Of a stretch of 57,459 bases of DNA, positions 55,632-57,459 are shown piece by piece. A program made the translations under genes and the position numbers. The stretch comes from Myxococcales bacterium (lineage in GTDB: Bacteria; Myxococcota; Myxococcia; Myxococcales; JAKAPL01): positions 1 to 57,459 of the forward strand of contig DATJNL010000021.1 of the NCBI GenBank assembly GCA_035508175.1, given 5' to 3'. Positions within the stretch are counted from its first letter, which is position 1; every line of letters begins with the position of its first letter. Below the pieces are notes generated by a model. That model did no database searches. It was not told the origin of the DNA and saw only the letters and a program-made list of their open reading frames with translations.

Positions 55632-57410
55632 TCAGTGCAACGTCTTCAGGATGGTCCGCACGTCGCGCGCGAACTCCCCGCGTGGGTCGATCTCCAGGTA
55701 CTTGCGGTACATCGTCGCCGCCTGCCCCCGGTCGCCGGCCGTCTGGTACAGCGTTCCGAGCGTGAGGCAGGCGCGCGTGTTCGAGGGGTTGAGCTCGAGC
55801 GCGCGCTTGAGCGGCCGCTCCGCGGCGGCGGTCTGGCCGGACTCGTAGAGAGCGTTGCCGAGCGCGGCCAGGGCCACGTCGCTGTCCGGGCGCGCGGCGA
55901 CGGCCTTGCGGTACTCCACGATGGCGCTGCGGATGGCCCCGCGGCGGTAGTGCGCTTCGCCCGCCGCGAACGCCGTCCGGTAGATCTCCTCCGGCGATGG
56001 CACGGGCGTCGCGGCCGGGGCCGGCGGGTGGGGGTTTGGGGGCGGCTCCACGGGCTTCGGGGGCGCCGCCACGGGAGGAACCGCAGTGCGCGCGGCCACC
56101 GCCGTCGGCGGGAGGGTGGGTGCCGGCTTCGGTGGAGCAGGCGGCGTCGCGGGCGACGGCGCAGGCTCGACGGGGATCGTGGCCACGGGCGGCTTCGGCG
56201 CTGGGGTGTGGGCCAGCGGCGCCGCGGGCGGTGACAGGGCGAAGTAGGCGCCTCCGGCCACGACGAGGATGACGCCGAGCGCGAGCGCAGCCGTCCCGAA
56301 GCGCGAGCGCCGCCGCAGGGGCTCGTCGAGCGCCTCGGTGGGCGTCGGCTCTTCCTCTTGCGGCTGGTCGAAGTACGAGAGCTCGGCCGCCGGCACGCCA
56401 TTGTGCGAGCCGCGGGCGCTGCGCCGCTCGGAGGGGAAATGGACGATCGTGACGGGGCGCGATGCGCCCGGGGAGGCCGCGTCACGGTCGCGGACCTCGA
56501 GGGGGAACGGCTGCTCCGAGGCGCTCTGCAGCGAGAGGGCGGGAGGGGGCGCGGCGATCGCGGCAGGGGCGGTCTCCACCATGGGGGGCGGCTCGGACAC
56601 TGGCGCGAGGGCGAGCGGGGGTGGCACCGCGGGTTCCACCGCCGCCGCCGGCGCGGACGGATCGAGGGCCGGAGCCTCGATGGGCGCCGCGAGCTGTACC
56701 GTGACGGCGCTCTCCTCGGGCGCGGCGAACCAGGCGGCGTGCTCGGGGAGATCAGCGTTGCCCCGCGCCAGGACGGGCGAGGGCGCGACCGCCGCCTCGG
56801 CGGCGCTGCGATCGGCGGCCCAGCGCTCGACCTCGTTGCCGGGCGGCACCACGGCCTCCTGCCCGCTGCCCGCTTCGCGCAGCAGCCCCTCGAAGTAGAG
56901 CTTGGCGACGAGGTTCAGCGAGGCCAGCTCGTCGAAAGGCGCATCGTCCACGACCTCGCCGAGGCTGCGTTTGCCGTCGAAGAGCTTGAGCAAGCCGTCG
57001 ACCTGGTCCGGGATCTTGGGGAGCTTGTGCACCAGCGCGGCATAATCGAGCTCGTAGACGGCCGCGAGCGGCGGGATCTGCTCCAGCAGCCGGCCGCGCT
57101 CGTCGACGCGCCGCATTCCCTCGAGCAGGAGCCCCTGCGACGAGAGCGCGATGCGATCCTTGCGGTCCACCTGGCCGAAGTCGATGGTGAAGGGGCCCTC
57201 GTTCAGCGCGAGCATGCGGTAGAAGGCCGCTTCGCCGCTCCAGCGGCCGAGCTCCGCGTCGATGACCTTGCCCTCGCGAAACCAGACGGACGCCTCCACC
57301 TCGCGTCCAGGGAGGCGGATGCGCAGGGTGCCGCTCTTGCGGCCGGCGTCGAGGGTCTGTGTGAGATCCACGAGCCCCATGTCGGTCAGGTTCCCCATGA
57401 ACTGCGCCAT
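55632..57410 (-). CDS. DUF4388 (PATAN-like) domain protein with a Pro/Ala-rich linker, one TM segment and C-terminal TPR repeats
   Basis: The N-terminus GNLTDMGLVDLTQTLDAGRKSGTLRI is DUF4388-like. The TM segment is FGTAALALGVILVVAGGAYF. The C-terminus carries TPR motifs (AIVEYRKAVAARPDSDVALAALGNALYESGQ...). The frame stays open upstream to the window edge, so the start is not certain. Confidence 0.8.
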   Translation of the reverse strand: MAQFMGNLTDMGLVDLTQTLDAGRKSGTLRIRLPGREVEASVWFREGKVIDAELGRWSGEAAFYRMLALNEGPFTIDFGQVDRKDRIALSSQGLLLEGMRRVDERGRLLEQIPPLAAVYELDYAALVHKLPKIPDQVDGLLKLFDGKRSLGEVVDDAPFDELASLNLVAKLYFEGLLREAGSGQEAVVPPGNEVERWAADRSAAEAAVAPSPVLARGNADLPEHAAWFAAPEESAVTVQLAAPIEAPALDPSAPAAAVEPAVPPPLALAPVSEPPPMVETAPAAIAAPPPALSLQSASEQPFPLEVRDRDAASPGASRPVTIVHFPSERRSARGSHNGVPAAELSYFDQPQEEEPTPTEALDEPLRRRSRFGTAALALGVILVVAGGAYFALSPPAAPLAHTPAPKPPVATIPVEPAPSPATPPAPPKPAPTLPPTAVAARTAVPPVAAPPKPVEPPPNPHPPAPAATPVPSPEEIYRTAFAAGEAHYRRGAIRSAIVEYRKAVAARPDSDVALAALGNALYESGQTAAAERPLKRALELNPSNTRACLTLGTLYQTAGDRGQAATMYRKYLEIDPRGEFARDVRTILKTLH

Positions 57411-57459
57411 GGGGCCCTTGTGCTCGAGCTGCTCCTTCTCGCGCCGCTGCAGGACGAGC

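Overview
This is a 57.5 kb window of about 70% GC with tightly packed genes. The gene content (DUF4388-TPR protein, many Cys-rich lipoproteins, dense c-di-GMP and two-component signalling) suggests a Myxococcota-like chromosome; that assignment is inference only.

Layout:
- 1-8544: distal part of the ribosomal spc/alpha superoperon, rpsH' to rplQ, including secY, adk, map and rpoA.
- 8601-9940: a 1.3 kb tract with strict 21/42-nt periodicity that is open in almost all six frames.
- 9963-15362: an accessory block with a CapA-family gene, a wHTH + nucleotidyltransferase toxin-antitoxin-like pair preceded by a local AT-rich patch, and two Cys-rich lipoproteins.
- 15417-15857: a second 21/42-nt phased array built from palindromic units.
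- 16047-25429: an envelope gene cluster with a lipoprotein, an outer-membrane beta-barrel, a 1187-aa orphan lipoprotein, a 1303-aa metzincin lipoprotein and a 75-aa Cys-rich lipoprotein, closed by three REP-like hairpins.
- 25609-35293: a signalling block (degenerate histidine kinase, flavoprotein-REC fusion, HK-REC-GGDEF, REC-HD-GYP) interleaved with thiC, queF and moaA.
- 35414-43063: an ADP-heptose / glycosyltransferase (LPS-core-like) cluster.
- 43097-57410: housekeeping genes (yicC, gmk, smpB, panBC, rsmA, tsaD and others) plus one large secreted lectin-like protein.

I recognised no rRNA, tRNA, CRISPR array, transposase or integrase.

The most unusual content is the pair of phased repeat arrays and the four-gene envelope operon. 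Many long ORFs in the six-frame track are antisense or out-of-frame shadows typical of high-GC DNA and are not reported as genes. All calls come from reading the translations and the DNA by eye; no database search was possible.
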